A stretch of DNA of 64,000 nt from TPA_inf: Saccharomyces. Its lineage: Eukaryota. Under the pieces are notes generated by a model that saw only the letters and a program-made list of their open reading frames with translations, had not been told where the DNA came from and searched no databases. A program made the position numbers and the translations under genes. The stretch lies in NCBI GenBank assembly GCA_000146045.2, contig BK006941.2:128001-192000 (forward strand). Direction: 5' to 3'. Below, piece after piece: positions 54,390-64,000 of this stretch (position 1 is the first letter of the stretch; each line of letters starts with the position of its first letter).

Positions 54390-56084
54390 ATGGATATTTT
54401 TAGAGTATTAACTAGAGGAGCTTCCGTGAAGAAAGAGTCAGGCCCAAAGGCTAAGGCAGCAGATTACAGCGTTATAAATGGAAATGATGAGAATCATAAG
54501 GAAGATAATAATGAAAGCCAGATCGTGAAAGAACTTGATTTCTTTCGAAACAAGAGAATCATTAGCAAGGTAGAGGATGATAGAGAGAAGACAACCGAAA
54601 ACGATTCTCCAAACAAAGAGGAGAAGAGCGGCAATGATGATGGTCTGATAAAACCAGTGATTACCAATACCGTTGAGGCATCCGCGTTGAGAAAATCATA
54701 TAAGGGAAACGTGTCGGGTATAGATATACCACTTCCAATAGGTTCGTTTGAAGATTTAATTTCAAGGTTTTCATTCGATAAGCGTTTACTGAATAACTTG
54801 ATTGAAAACGGGTTTACTGAGCCTACCCCAATTCAATGTGAATGTATTCCTGTTGCTTTGAATAATAGAGACGTTTTGGCATGTGGTCCCACAGGGTCTG
54901 GTAAGACGTTAGCATTCTTAATTCCGCTGGTTCAGCAGATTATTGATGACAAGCAAACTGCAGGGTTGAAAGGGTTAATCATTTCGCCTACAAAGGAATT
55001 AGCGAACCAAATTTTTATTGAATGTTTTAAGCTATCTTACAAGATATTTTTGGAGAAAAAAAGGCCTCTGCAAGTTGCACTCTTATCTAAATCTTTAGGC
55101 GCTAAATTGAAAAACAAGGTAGTTAGTGATAAGAAATATGATATAATCATTTCTACCCCATTAAGACTAATCGATGTTGTGAAAAACGAAGCTCTCGATC
55201 TCTCCAAAGTTAAGCATTTGATATTTGATGAAGCTGATAAATTGTTTGACAAAACATTCGTTGAACAGAGTGACGATATTTTGAGCGCCTGTAGAGAGCC
55301 ATCGTTGCGTAAAGCGATGTTTTCTGCGACCATTCCATCCAATGTAGAAGAGATTGCACAAAGTATAATGATGGATCCTGTTAGAGTTATTATTGGCCAC
55401 AAGGAAGCAGCAAATACAAATATTGAACAAAAATTAATATTTTGTGGTAATGAAGAGGGTAAACTAATTGCTATTAGACAACTCGTTCAAGAGGGTGAGT
55501 TCAAGCCACCGATCATAATATTTTTAGAGTCTATTACAAGAGCAAAAGCGTTATATCATGAATTGATGTACGATAGGATTAACGTAGATGTGATTCATGC
55601 AGAAAGAACAGCCTTACAAAGAGACAGGATTATTGAACGATTTAAAACTGGTGAATTATGGTGTTTGATCTGTACCGACGTTTTAGCTCGTGGTATTGAC
55701 TTCAAAGGTGTCAATCTGGTCATCAATTATGACGTTCCAGGATCGTCTCAGGCTTATGTTCACAGAATTGGTAGAACAGGTAGAGGTGGGCGGTCAGGTA
55801 AAGCTATCACATTCTATACTAAACAAGACTCAGTAGCTATTAAACCAATAATAAATGTCATGAAACAAAGTGGTTGTGAAGTATCTGAGTGGATGGATAA
55901 AATGGCTAAAATGACCAGAAAGGAGAAAGAAAGTATAAAAAACGGTAAAGCGCATAAAGAAAGAAAGCAGATTACTACTGTGCCTAAGATGGATAAGGCC
56001 AAAAGAAGACGTCAACAAGAAATGATTGCAGCATCCAAAAGAAGAAAAAATGAAGAACTTTCAAAAAAACATTTCTCGAAATAA
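54390..56084 (+). CDS. ROK1: DEAD-box RNA helicase Rok1 (18S rRNA processing), 564 aa
   Basis: Q motif, GSGKT (motif I), DEAD ([10 protein letters not shown]), SAT and HRIGRTGR motifs. Confidence 0.95.
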   Translation: MDIFRVLTRGASVKKESGPKAKAADYSVINGNDENHKEDNNESQIVKELDFFRNKRIISKVEDDREKTTENDSPNKEEKSGNDDGLIKPVITNTVEASALRKSYKGNVSGIDIPLPIGSFEDLISRFSFDKRLLNNLIENGFTEPTPIQCECIPVALNNRDVLACGPTGSGKTLAFLIPLVQQIIDDKQTAGLKGLIISPTKELANQIFIECFKLSYKIFLEKKRPLQVALLSKSLGAKLKNKVVSDKKYDIIISTPLRLIDVVKNEALDLSKVKHLIFDEADKLFDKTFVEQSDDILSACREPSLRKAMFSATIPSNVEEIAQSIMMDPVRVIIGHKEAANTNIEQKLIFCGNEEGKLIAIRQLVQEGEFKPPIIIFLESITRAKALYHELMYDRINVDVIHAERTALQRDRIIERFKTGELWCLICTDVLARGIDFKGVNLVINYDVPGSSQAYVHRIGRTGRGGRSGKAITFYTKQDSVAIKPIINVMKQSGCEVSEWMDKMAKMTRKEKESIKNGKAHKERKQITTVPKMDKAKRRRQQEMIAASKRRKNEELSKKHFSK

Positions 56085-56152
56085 TATAAACAAACGTGCG
56101 TATGCAAGACATGTATATATGATTAGTAGTTTTTTTTATTTACTTTCATTGA

Positions 56153-57394
56153 TCAATTACGTGACCAGCTATACATTTCTTCATTACTTCTTCTGGGCAT
56201 TCTATTTAAATCGATATTTCCAAACGACTTTGTCATTGCTGCATAACCCTTTTGATAACTATCGTTTAACCCCACACCTCTGTAAGATTTCGATTCCACT
56301 CCATTATGTATATTTCTTCCAGAGTTAAAATGCTGCTTGTAATCTGAATTTTTTCTCTGGAATAGAAGTTCATTTTGATTTTCAAATGACATAAAAGGTT
56401 TTGTTTGATGTATATTGTTAGGGTGGAAAAAATAGGGTGTTCCACCAGTTATGGAGTTTTGTAGTTCTGCTTTTTCTCCCCAAAAATTTGATGTATTGGA
56501 CGTGAAATCATAGGTTTCCTCGAAAGACTTTCCGTTTCTTTTCAATCCTAATGGGGGAGAAGGGCGGTTATCTATTGGCAAAAGTGGATTTCTAAAATCC
56601 CTAATGGAAGGTAAATTTTGACTTTCAGGTTGATTGGAGAATCTACGAACTGCTAGCTCTCTATTTAGCAAAGAGTTTTCTTGCATATGAAAGAAGTTTA
56701 AATCATTCAAAAGTTCCCCCAAAATTTTGAGCTCATATTCTTCATCCAAGTCAATATCTCTGTATTCCAAGAATTTCTTTTGCATTTGAACTGCGTCGTC
56801 AAAAAATGGAACACTTGACAAGCAAATGTCAATCTCTTTTTTAATGTATGTAAGCAAGTTGGTTTTTAGAAAACTCACCTCTAATTGTGTTTTGGTAAAC
56901 GCTGTTGTGGCAGCTGAATACTCGGTTGGAGCTGAATTTGGCCTCTGTCCCTTGTATGGTGAAGTGGAAATATTCAATTCCATGACCGGTTCCTTTATTT
57001 CTTCTAATCCGCTTGTAAAATGAAAGGGCTGCATGTGTTTAGTTTTGTAACCTTCTGTATTACACCAAAAACTTTCCCAATTTTTAAATTGACACTCTTT
57101 CAAGCTTGGACTAGAGTCCGGAGCCAGTTTTAAGCCATCATTAAAATCGTCCGTGTGTTCAGATCTTTCGTGTATATCTTTATTTTCATGGAATATGTTG
57201 CTTGCAGTCCCCATTTTAGATGACTTTTCTTCATCTTTTTGGGACTTCTGTTTTACTGGACTATTTCTTTTACTTTCCTTACTAGTATTGCCATCTTCTT
57301 GAGAATCCATGTTAGGATACGCAGGCAAATCTGAATGGATGTTATTTGGAAAGTTTTCCTTTTCTAATCCATTTAAAAGAGTGCCAGCTCCCAT
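56153..57394 (-). CDS. SPO74: Meiotic outer plaque component Spo74, 413 aa if initiated at the second Met (the track ORF is 414 aa from 57397)
   Basis: The length and sequence match YGL170C, and there is a mid-sporulation MSE in the promoter. Confidence 0.85.
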   Translation of the reverse strand: MGAGTLLNGLEKENFPNNIHSDLPAYPNMDSQEDGNTSKESKRNSPVKQKSQKDEEKSSKMGTASNIFHENKDIHERSEHTDDFNDGLKLAPDSSPSLKECQFKNWESFWCNTEGYKTKHMQPFHFTSGLEEIKEPVMELNISTSPYKGQRPNSAPTEYSAATTAFTKTQLEVSFLKTNLLTYIKKEIDICLSSVPFFDDAVQMQKKFLEYRDIDLDEEYELKILGELLNDLNFFHMQENSLLNRELAVRRFSNQPESQNLPSIRDFRNPLLPIDNRPSPPLGLKRNGKSFEETYDFTSNTSNFWGEKAELQNSITGGTPYFFHPNNIHQTKPFMSFENQNELLFQRKNSDYKQHFNSGRNIHNGVESKSYRGVGLNDSYQKGYAAMTKSFGNIDLNRMPRRSNEEMYSWSRN

Positions 57395-57506
57395 CACTCA
57401 ACCAATTCAGCTCTTTCCTTGCCAATACAACATAACCGGGAAGAGTTTCAAGTTTGACTTCCAACTAAATACCTAATGTTTTATTGTTGTTATTTATATT
57501 TCTTGT

Positions 57507-57515
57507 GACACAAAA
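57507..57515. promoter_or_regulatory. Ndt80 middle sporulation element GACACAAAA, about 115 bp upstream of the SPO74 ATG
   Basis: Exact match to the MSE consensus gNCRCAAAW; SPO74 is a middle-sporulation gene. Confidence 0.55.
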
Positions 57516-57713
57516 GAGAACATTGATGTCATTTGAGCCTTATCGTTGGAAAGGATAAATAAGCGGTTTAAAAGGATAAAAGAAGCGCAAGCAACAAATC
57601 TCAACACAAGTGTAAACCATATGAATGGGGTTAAATGCCTTCTTCTTTGAGATATAAAAAGGAAGTAGAATTTAATATATTAGACATTTTTTTGATTTGA
57701 GCCTAAAAAAGAT

Positions 57714-57786
57714 AGCCCTGTAGGGGGCTCGAACCCCTAACCTTATGATTAAGAGTCATACGCGCTACCGATTGCGCCAACAAGGC
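57714..57786 (-). tRNA. tK(CUU): tRNA-Lys (anticodon CUU), 73 nt, no intron
   Basis: The minus-strand sequence is GCCTTGTTGGCGCAATCGGTAGCGCGTATGACTCTTAATCATAAGGTTAGGGGTTCGAGCCCCCTACAGGGCT. It folds as a cloverleaf (7-bp acceptor stem with one G-U pair), carries A-box TGGCGCAATCGG and B-box GGTTCGAGCCC, and has the anticodon-loop CTT. Confidence 0.93.
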
Positions 57787-58058
57787 TATTTCGTTGAAAA
57801 ATTCAGGCTTCAAAATTATTATATGTATCAAAAATATTTTTTTGAGAAATTTCAAATCATTATCTACGCTAGCCTTACTATTTTTTCACCCAGAAGATAG
57901 TAACCTCATCGCACATACCTATTGAAGCTGATAATATTTGAAGCGAGAGCTTTATTCTTCTCCTCAAATTTTTTTTTTCTTCTGCGCTGTTAACTTACCA
58001 CTAAACCTGTTTCCATTTTTAATGGTAGTCCTGTTTATTATTCCATTTTTAGAATTGT

Positions 58059-59339
58059 ATGTACCTTGGACGACATTTTTTGGCAATGACATCGAAAGCA
58101 CTGTTTGATACCAAGATCTTAAAAGTTAACCCGCTATCAATCATTTTCTCCCCTGATGCGCATATAGATGGTTCCTTACCAACGATAACAGATCCTGAAA
58201 CGGAAGCAGCGCTAGTTGAAGCGGCGAGGATAATAAGAGATACAGATGAGACTGTGGCTTTTCCAACCGAAACTGTTTATGGTCTTGGAGGTTCTGCTTT
58301 AAATGATAATTCAGTGCTTAGTATATACAGGGCCAAAAATAGGCCTAGTGACAATCCTTTGATTACACATGTTTCATCCATTGATCAACTTAACAGAAAG
58401 GTCTTTAATCAACCGCATCTATCAGGTACATCCTTGTTTGATAACATACCCTCAATCTATCGCCCATTAATTTCAAGCCTTTGGCCTGGCCCATTAACAA
58501 TTCTTTTGCCAGTTCCATCTTCAGAGCATAGTGCATTATCAAAGTTAACGACCGCAGATCAGCCTACGTTTGCGGTACGCATACCCGCTAATCCAGTGGC
58601 TAGAGCACTGATTGCCCTGAGCGATACACCAATAGCTGCTCCTTCAGCGAATGCGTCTACTAGGCCATCTCCTACTTTAGCGTCTCATGTTTATCATGAT
58701 CTAAAGGATAAAATTCCCATAATTCTTGATGGCGGAGCGTGCAAGGTTGGTGTAGAAAGTACTGTTGTTGATGGGTTATGTAATCCTCCTACGCTACTGC
58801 GACCTGGCGGTTTTACATATGAAGAAATTGTTAAATTGGGTGGTGAAGCTTGGTCTCTTTGTAAAGTTGAGAATAAGAAAACAGTTGAAAAGGGCGAAAA
58901 GGTAAGAACGCCTGGTATGAAGTATAGACACTATTCCCCTTCAGCTAAAGTTGTTTTACTAGTTCCTCATTGCGAAGGCGATGGCATTCTTAAGGGCGTT
59001 GATAGGATGGAAAGATTAAAGAGGTTAATCGAAACGGAATTAAAAGCCAACAGTAATATAAAAAAAATTGCGATTTTAACTTCCCTAAAATTACGTGATT
59101 CCGACTTACAATCTAAGATCTTTAATGAACCCGATTTTTCTTCGAAAACTTTCATCATCGAAAGACTTGGCCAATCTGGTGAAGAAATACAGACTAACTT
59201 GTTTGCAGCTTTAAGAAAAGTGGATGAAAATGATAAAGTAGACCTAATATTTGTCGAAGGTATAAATGAGGAAGGAGAAGGATTAGCTGTTATGAACAGA
59301 TTGCGAAAGGCGGCTGCAAATAATTGTATACAGTTTTAA
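58059..59339 (+). CDS. SUA5: Threonylcarbamoyl-AMP synthase Sua5 (t6A tRNA modification), 426 aa
   Basis: YrdC-like N-terminal domain plus a Sua5 C-terminal domain. Confidence 0.92.
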
Positions 59340-59463
59340 ATAAAACTGTGATTAACTTTTGAAAATCATAACCACTGATTACGGAGATTTTATATCTAGT
59401 CCGGAAAAAGAAGGAAAGAATAAAATTTTATATTGCTTTGTATATACGAAAAGTCGCCCATAC

Positions 59464-59796
59464 ATGTTTATCTTAGTATCCGTTGTAAATATATGTACAT
59501 ATATACATCTACATATGTTCCCATTAATTAGTACATTTACCTCAATAGGGTTGGGCGTCCTCATGAAAGATAAAGGGAAGGAAGGAAAAACGATAAAAGC
59601 ACAAAATGTGACATATCAAACATTTGAGAAATACGTTGAGTCTTCTTCATTCTTTTTCCTCGTCCACAATTTTCTCAATTCATCAACGATGAAAACGCTA
59701 CTGCTGATGAGCAATAACAATAGTATATCAGAGATACCAAGTTTCTCAGTTTTAAAGATACTTTGGAAAAATGGTATATATATAGCGCACATTTGA
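59464..59796 (+). CDS. HUR1: Small ORF Hur1 (110 aa), overlapping the 3' end of PMR1 on the opposite strand. Its protein-coding status is uncertain.
   Basis: Internal Met (MFILVSVVNICTY...) of the track ORF 59359..59796. Overlaps PMR1 codons antisense. Confidence 0.35.
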   Translation: MFILVSVVNICTYIHLHMFPLISTFTSIGLGVLMKDKGKEGKTIKAQNVTYQTFEKYVESSSFFFLVHNFLNSSTMKTLLLMSNNNSISEIPSFSVLKILWKNGIYIAHI

Positions 59797-62468
59797 CCTA
59801 ACAGAGACAGTCCAACGGCGTAGTTGAACATTTTGTTCGTGAAAAAGCCGATTTCGAAGATTGACTTTGTGTTATGTCTGCAGGCCAAAGCATTAAACAT
59901 ATCAAAAAAAACAAAACAAGTAAATGTCATAGTAGTATCTCTAGCAGTTACTTTACCATCTTCGGCCATCTCTTTAACAAAAATGTAAACTGTCCCAACG
60001 ATGATACAGGCCGCGGTGGTTAGTAAACGTTTCATTACATCATGGGTCAAAATTTTATCGGTACGTTTTCTTGGAGGTTTTTTCATAACTTCATGATCAA
60101 CAGGTTCCACACCTAAGGATTGAGCTGGTGGCCCATCCATTAAAATATTTATCCAAAGAATTTGCATTGCGTTCAGTGGATTGGGTAGTTTAAACGCTGT
60201 AGATAGTGCAACTAATGATAGTGCGGCAACAGAAGTAGACAATTGAAAAGTCAGGAAATTCTGAATATTATTAAAGATACCTTTACCCTCTTCAATGGCA
60301 GTTAAAATAGTACTGAAGTCATCATCAGTTAAGACCATATCTGAGGCTTCTTTGGCTACATCTGTACCAATTCTACCCATAGAAACACCAATATCTGAAA
60401 GTTTCAACGCAGGAGCGTCGTTAACACCATCACCAGTCATTGCTACCACATCACCCCTCTTTCTTAATGCACGAACAATGTTTAACTTATGCTCAGGCGT
60501 AGCACGAGCAAAAATATTAACGTGGTCGATGACATTGGCCAGTTGATCATCTGACATTTCATCTAATTTATCACCGGATAAAACGGAAAGCTTTGGATCA
60601 ATAACTGGAATACCAATTTGTTTTGCAATGTTTACTGCGGTATTCTCAGAATCACCAGTGATCATAATAATATGGACACCACCTTGTAGTAATTGTTCGA
60701 TGGCAAATTTAACGTTCGGTCTTGGTGGGTCATTCATACCGATTAAACCAGTAAAGGTTAAATCTTTGATTAGGTCTTCGGTTAGAGGAGTTGATGAATC
60801 AGACAAAGTTAGTTTAGCAAATCCAAAGACACGCAAACCTTCAGATGCCATAGAATTTGCGCACTCATTTATCGTAGCTTTTTGGGCTTCAGTCAACTTT
60901 TCAGTTTTTTTACCCTTTGATTTCAAATAACTTGTGGAGTACTCAAGAATTCTTTCAAATGCACCTTTAACATAAACTGTACACTTATTGTCGACAGGGT
61001 TGAGAATCTTGGTTGCCATTAATTTTCTTTTCGAGTTAAATGGAAGTTCCTGAACTTTTTGAACGGTGTTTCTGATATCAGGCATTTCAAAGTTTGCCAA
61101 TTGCTCTAAAAGAGCTACATCAGTAGGATTTCCCAGAAATATGGCATGTTCTTGAGAGAAAGATGCATTATTACAGAGATTACCGATAGTTAGAGTTTCC
61201 CTAACGTCTTCAGTCAAATAGTTTTTCAAATTTCCATTAGAATTTTTAGTCTTCTTATTTTTGTCTAATGAGAGGACGTTTAGCTTATTGGACATACTGT
61301 CCAAGCACCAAAGTTTAGATACGGTCATGTGGTTTGAGGTTAGTGTACCTGTTTTGTCGGAGCAGATAACGTTGACAGAGCCTAAAGTTTCGACACTTGG
61401 TAACCTTCTCACGATGGCTTTACGCTTGGCCATTCTCAGAACACCCAATGCCAAAGTAACAGTGACAATAATTGGTAACCCTTCTGGAATAGCAGCAACC
61501 GCTAAGGATACCGATATTTGGAACATTTCTAACCAAGATCTACCTTGTATGATACCAACTAAACAAATCATACCAATAACTATGAAGCTAACCAGTGACA
61601 AGTCCTTTCCCAATTTGTCCATTGTTAACTGCAATGGAGTCTTCGGTTTTTCAATATTATTCATCATTTCAAAAACGGCACCAAAGGATGTGTTTGTACC
61701 TGTTCCTACGACGATACCCTTACCATGACCTTCCTTGACTAATGTACCCATATAAGCTATACAAGATCTCTCAGAAATCGGTACAATTGAATTAGGCTGA
61801 TCGTTAAAGGAAGATTTTTCGATCGTTTGTGAGGTTTTATGTACCGGTTCATTTTCACCAGTTAAATTACTTTCATCGATGGATAAATCGATTGCTTCAA
61901 TAATTCTAATGTCTGCGGGGATTCTGTCACCTATTCTGAAGTGCACTAAATCACCAGGAACCAAGGTGGAAGCCAGTACATGACTCTCTTGACCACATCT
62001 CATTAAGTGACATTCAGCAGGAACCAATTTATTCAACGCTTCTAGAGATTTTTCAGACCTATATTCTTGGACAAAACCGACAGTGACAACTATGAAAATG
62101 GCCAGTGTGATACTAACAGCATCATCAATGTTACCCATAAAAAGAGAGACCACTGCGGATCCTATTAAAAGTAGAATCATTCGATCCTCAATGAAATTTG
62201 ACAAGAACTTCTTGAAAAGACTTTCATCATCTTCTACGGTTATTTCATTGGGGCCATAAAGTGATCTCCTATTGTTGGCCTCGTTAGATGATCGTAAACC
62301 ACCGTTTTTGTCAGTGTCCAGTTTTTCTAGAGCTTCGTCCACGGATAAAGTACAATACTCTAAAGAAGGGCTTGGTTTCGAAAGGGCCTCTGCTGTGGCA
62401 TCTAGTATTTCTCTCTCACGGTTTGAGTCCTCGTCAAGAAGACTCGCATTAAATGGATTGTCACTCAT
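59616..62468 (-). CDS. PMR1: Golgi Ca2+/Mn2+ P-type ATPase Pmr1, 950 aa
   Basis: P-type ATPase motifs DKTGTLT, TGDGVNDAPAL and PEGLP. Confidence 0.95.
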   Translation of the reverse strand: MSDNPFNASLLDEDSNREREILDATAEALSKPSPSLEYCTLSVDEALEKLDTDKNGGLRSSNEANNRRSLYGPNEITVEDDESLFKKFLSNFIEDRMILLLIGSAVVSLFMGNIDDAVSITLAIFIVVTVGFVQEYRSEKSLEALNKLVPAECHLMRCGQESHVLASTLVPGDLVHFRIGDRIPADIRIIEAIDLSIDESNLTGENEPVHKTSQTIEKSSFNDQPNSIVPISERSCIAYMGTLVKEGHGKGIVVGTGTNTSFGAVFEMMNNIEKPKTPLQLTMDKLGKDLSLVSFIVIGMICLVGIIQGRSWLEMFQISVSLAVAAIPEGLPIIVTVTLALGVLRMAKRKAIVRRLPSVETLGSVNVICSDKTGTLTSNHMTVSKLWCLDSMSNKLNVLSLDKNKKTKNSNGNLKNYLTEDVRETLTIGNLCNNASFSQEHAIFLGNPTDVALLEQLANFEMPDIRNTVQKVQELPFNSKRKLMATKILNPVDNKCTVYVKGAFERILEYSTSYLKSKGKKTEKLTEAQKATINECANSMASEGLRVFGFAKLTLSDSSTPLTEDLIKDLTFTGLIGMNDPPRPNVKFAIEQLLQGGVHIIMITGDSENTAVNIAKQIGIPVIDPKLSVLSGDKLDEMSDDQLANVIDHVNIFARATPEHKLNIVRALRKRGDVVAMTGDGVNDAPALKLSDIGVSMGRIGTDVAKEASDMVLTDDDFSTILTAIEEGKGIFNNIQNFLTFQLSTSVAALSLVALSTAFKLPNPLNAMQILWINILMDGPPAQSLGVEPVDHEVMKKPPRKRTDKILTHDVMKRLLTTAACIIVGTVYIFVKEMAEDGKVTARDTTMTFTCFVFFDMFNALACRHNTKSIFEIGFFTNKMFNYAVGLSLLGQMCAIYIPFFQSIFKTEKLGISDILLLLLISSSVFIVDELRKLWTRKKNEEDSTYFSNV

Positions 62469-63128
62469 AATTATCTTATCTTTTACTTACACTTAAGCTT
62501 ACGTCTGTGCTGGCCTTGCTTCGTCTTGTCTTGCCCAGTCGTAAGGATATTATTATAGTTACTAGTATTGTTATAAATGGGAATGGAAAGAACGGGGCGA
62601 GCAAACACTATTATGATGGTGTAGAAAAAGAGGTTTTTCTATTAAGTGCTTGAAGGAAGGGCTATAGTGTACGATGGCCTAGGGAACAAGATCTCGATAT
62701 AACGATAGGTAGGGTCCACACTGTTAACAAAAAAAGTACTTCTTTAAATAGAGAATCTTGTCTTGATGTAACAAAATGAAAAAAAAAAAAAATGCAACTA
62801 GAATGTAGAATACAAAAGTTTAACGATCGGCTTTGCTGTTAAGTGGTTATCTAGGGATGAGCTGAACGTGCAATTGATACCAACCGATCCTTGCTAGGAA
62901 CGCAACTCTTTTCACCCACCTTCCACCACTACGATCGTGAAAGAATATTTGCTAAGAAAATCGCCAAAACGAGGCGAAGTCGCCAGGGTGCGCGGGCACG
63001 CAGGGTAAGAGCCGCAAGGCCTGGTTCGGTAAGTATTAAGCTGTGGACGAAATAGCAGTAGCCATGGCGATGTAATTTATTAGACGGCGGCTTGATAAAA
63101 GAGGACTGATAATCAGTGTATTCACAGA

Positions 63129-63806
63129 ATGGTCGTAATTAACGGGGTCAAATATGCCTGTGAAACGTGTATCAGGGGTCACAGGGCGGCGCAGTGTACT
63201 CACACTGATGGTCCGCTACAGATGATCAGACGCAAGGGAAGACCATCGACCACATGTGGCCATTGTAAAGAGCTGAGAAGAACCAAGAACTTCAACCCAT
63301 CCGGTGGGTGCATGTGTGCCTCTGCACGACGGCCAGCTGTTGGCAGCAAGGAAGATGAAACACGATGTCGTTGTGATGAGGGTGAACCTTGTAAATGTCA
63401 TACCAAGAGGAAAAGCAGCCGGAAATCAAAGGGAGGGTCATGCCACAGAAGGGCAAATGATGAAGCAGCGCATGTCAATGGTCTCGGTATTGCAGATCTG
63501 GACGTTCTTTTGGGCCTAAATGGTCGCTCGTCGGATGTAGACATGACAACCACATTGCCGAGTTTGAAGCCACCTCTGCAAAACGGAGAAATTAAGGCCG
63601 ACAGCATTGACAATCTTGATTTGGCTTCCCTCGATCCGCTTGAGCAAAGCCCTAGTATATCTATGGAACCTGTTAGTATCAATGAAACAGGAAGCGCATA
63701 TACAACTACGAACACAGCACTAAACGATATTGACATTCCATTCTCCATCAATGAGTTGAACGAGCTATACAAACAAGTATCTTCGCATAACTCACATTCA
63801 CAATAA
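63129..63806 (+). CDS. CUP2: Copper-fist transcription factor Cup2/Ace1 (activates CUP1), 225 aa
   Basis: N-terminal copper-fist ([25 protein letters not shown]...RKGRP) with multiple Cys-X-Cys motifs. Confidence 0.93.
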
Positions 63807-63976
63807 TGCATCTGGACATCTATATAAATATACATATACATATATTGGCGGTTGTTTGTTCTCCCGGCAAGCTGGCAGTCGGGCCGAGATTCGGATAAAT
63901 TTTTCCATTCGTATACATATACATAGATATATACAATTATAAAATTTGTCCAAGGCTGCACAGGATACGTAACCAT
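63398..63976 (-). CDS. Dubious 192-aa ORF antisense to CUP2 (YGL165C position); probably not protein-coding
   Basis: Overlaps the CUP2 coding sequence on the opposite strand; low-complexity translation. Confidence 0.15.
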
Positions 63977-64000
63977 CCTAAAGTTTTAGGTTTTTTAACT

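Noticed and set aside
57787-58058. Looked for Ty LTR (delta, sigma or tau) remnants flanking the tRNA-Lys gene
   Set aside because: No TGTTGGAATA...TCTCAACA-type LTR termini or target-site duplications are visible. No mobile element is called.

Overview
This window is ordinary, well-characterised Saccharomyces cerevisiae nuclear DNA. It matches the left arm of chromosome VII from MDS3 (YGL197W, 3' end only) through CUP2 (YGL166W) and the dubious YGL165C. Gene order, spacing and protein lengths fit the S288C reference with a constant offset (window position plus about 128,000), so there is no sign of inserted foreign or mobile DNA. I found 30 recognisable protein-coding genes, plus several small dubious ORFs, one tRNA-Lys(CUU) gene and two spliceosomal introns. 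The genes, in order, are MDS3, DSD1, GCN1, HOS2, IME4, COX13, CDC55, RPS26A, COX4, TPN1, YGL185C, STR3, MND1, GTS1, ATG1, TOS3, MPT5, YGL176C, SAE2, BUD13, XRN1, NUP49, ROK1, SPO74, SUA5, HUR1, PMR1 and CUP2. Both introns (MND1 and MPT5) have a first exon consisting only of ATG. I did not find a previously undescribed system, and I cannot support one here: every long ORF corresponds to a known yeast gene, and there are no CRISPR arrays, prokaryotic operons or Ty/LTR elements. The observations worth a second look are all at the regulatory or small-feature scale. (1) Unannotated-looking 5'UTR intron signals upstream of RPS26A (GTATGT, TACTAAC, AG on the gene strand), which would also place its tandem Rap1 sites at the canonical distance. 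(2) A duplicated GAGAACGAAGC...GTAAGCTG motif in the same promoter. (3) An a1-alpha2 operator 3' of IME4 (antisense control). (4) A GC-rich island with a perfect 12-bp-arm palindrome and tandem SCB elements in the 2.2-kb TOS3-MPT5 intergenic region. (5) An Ndt80 MSE for SPO74 with a tRNA gene wedged between the SPO74 and SUA5 promoters. (6) Met31/Gcn4 sites and a (TA)n(TTTA)n microsatellite in the STR3 promoter. (7) Coding microsatellites in GTS1 ((AQ)n) and MPT5 ((HN)n). Coordinates I obtained by hand-counting (motifs, the tRNA gene, the MND1 exon 1 and MPT5 exon 1/intron boundaries) may be off by 1-2 nt; coordinates derived from the ORF track are exact.
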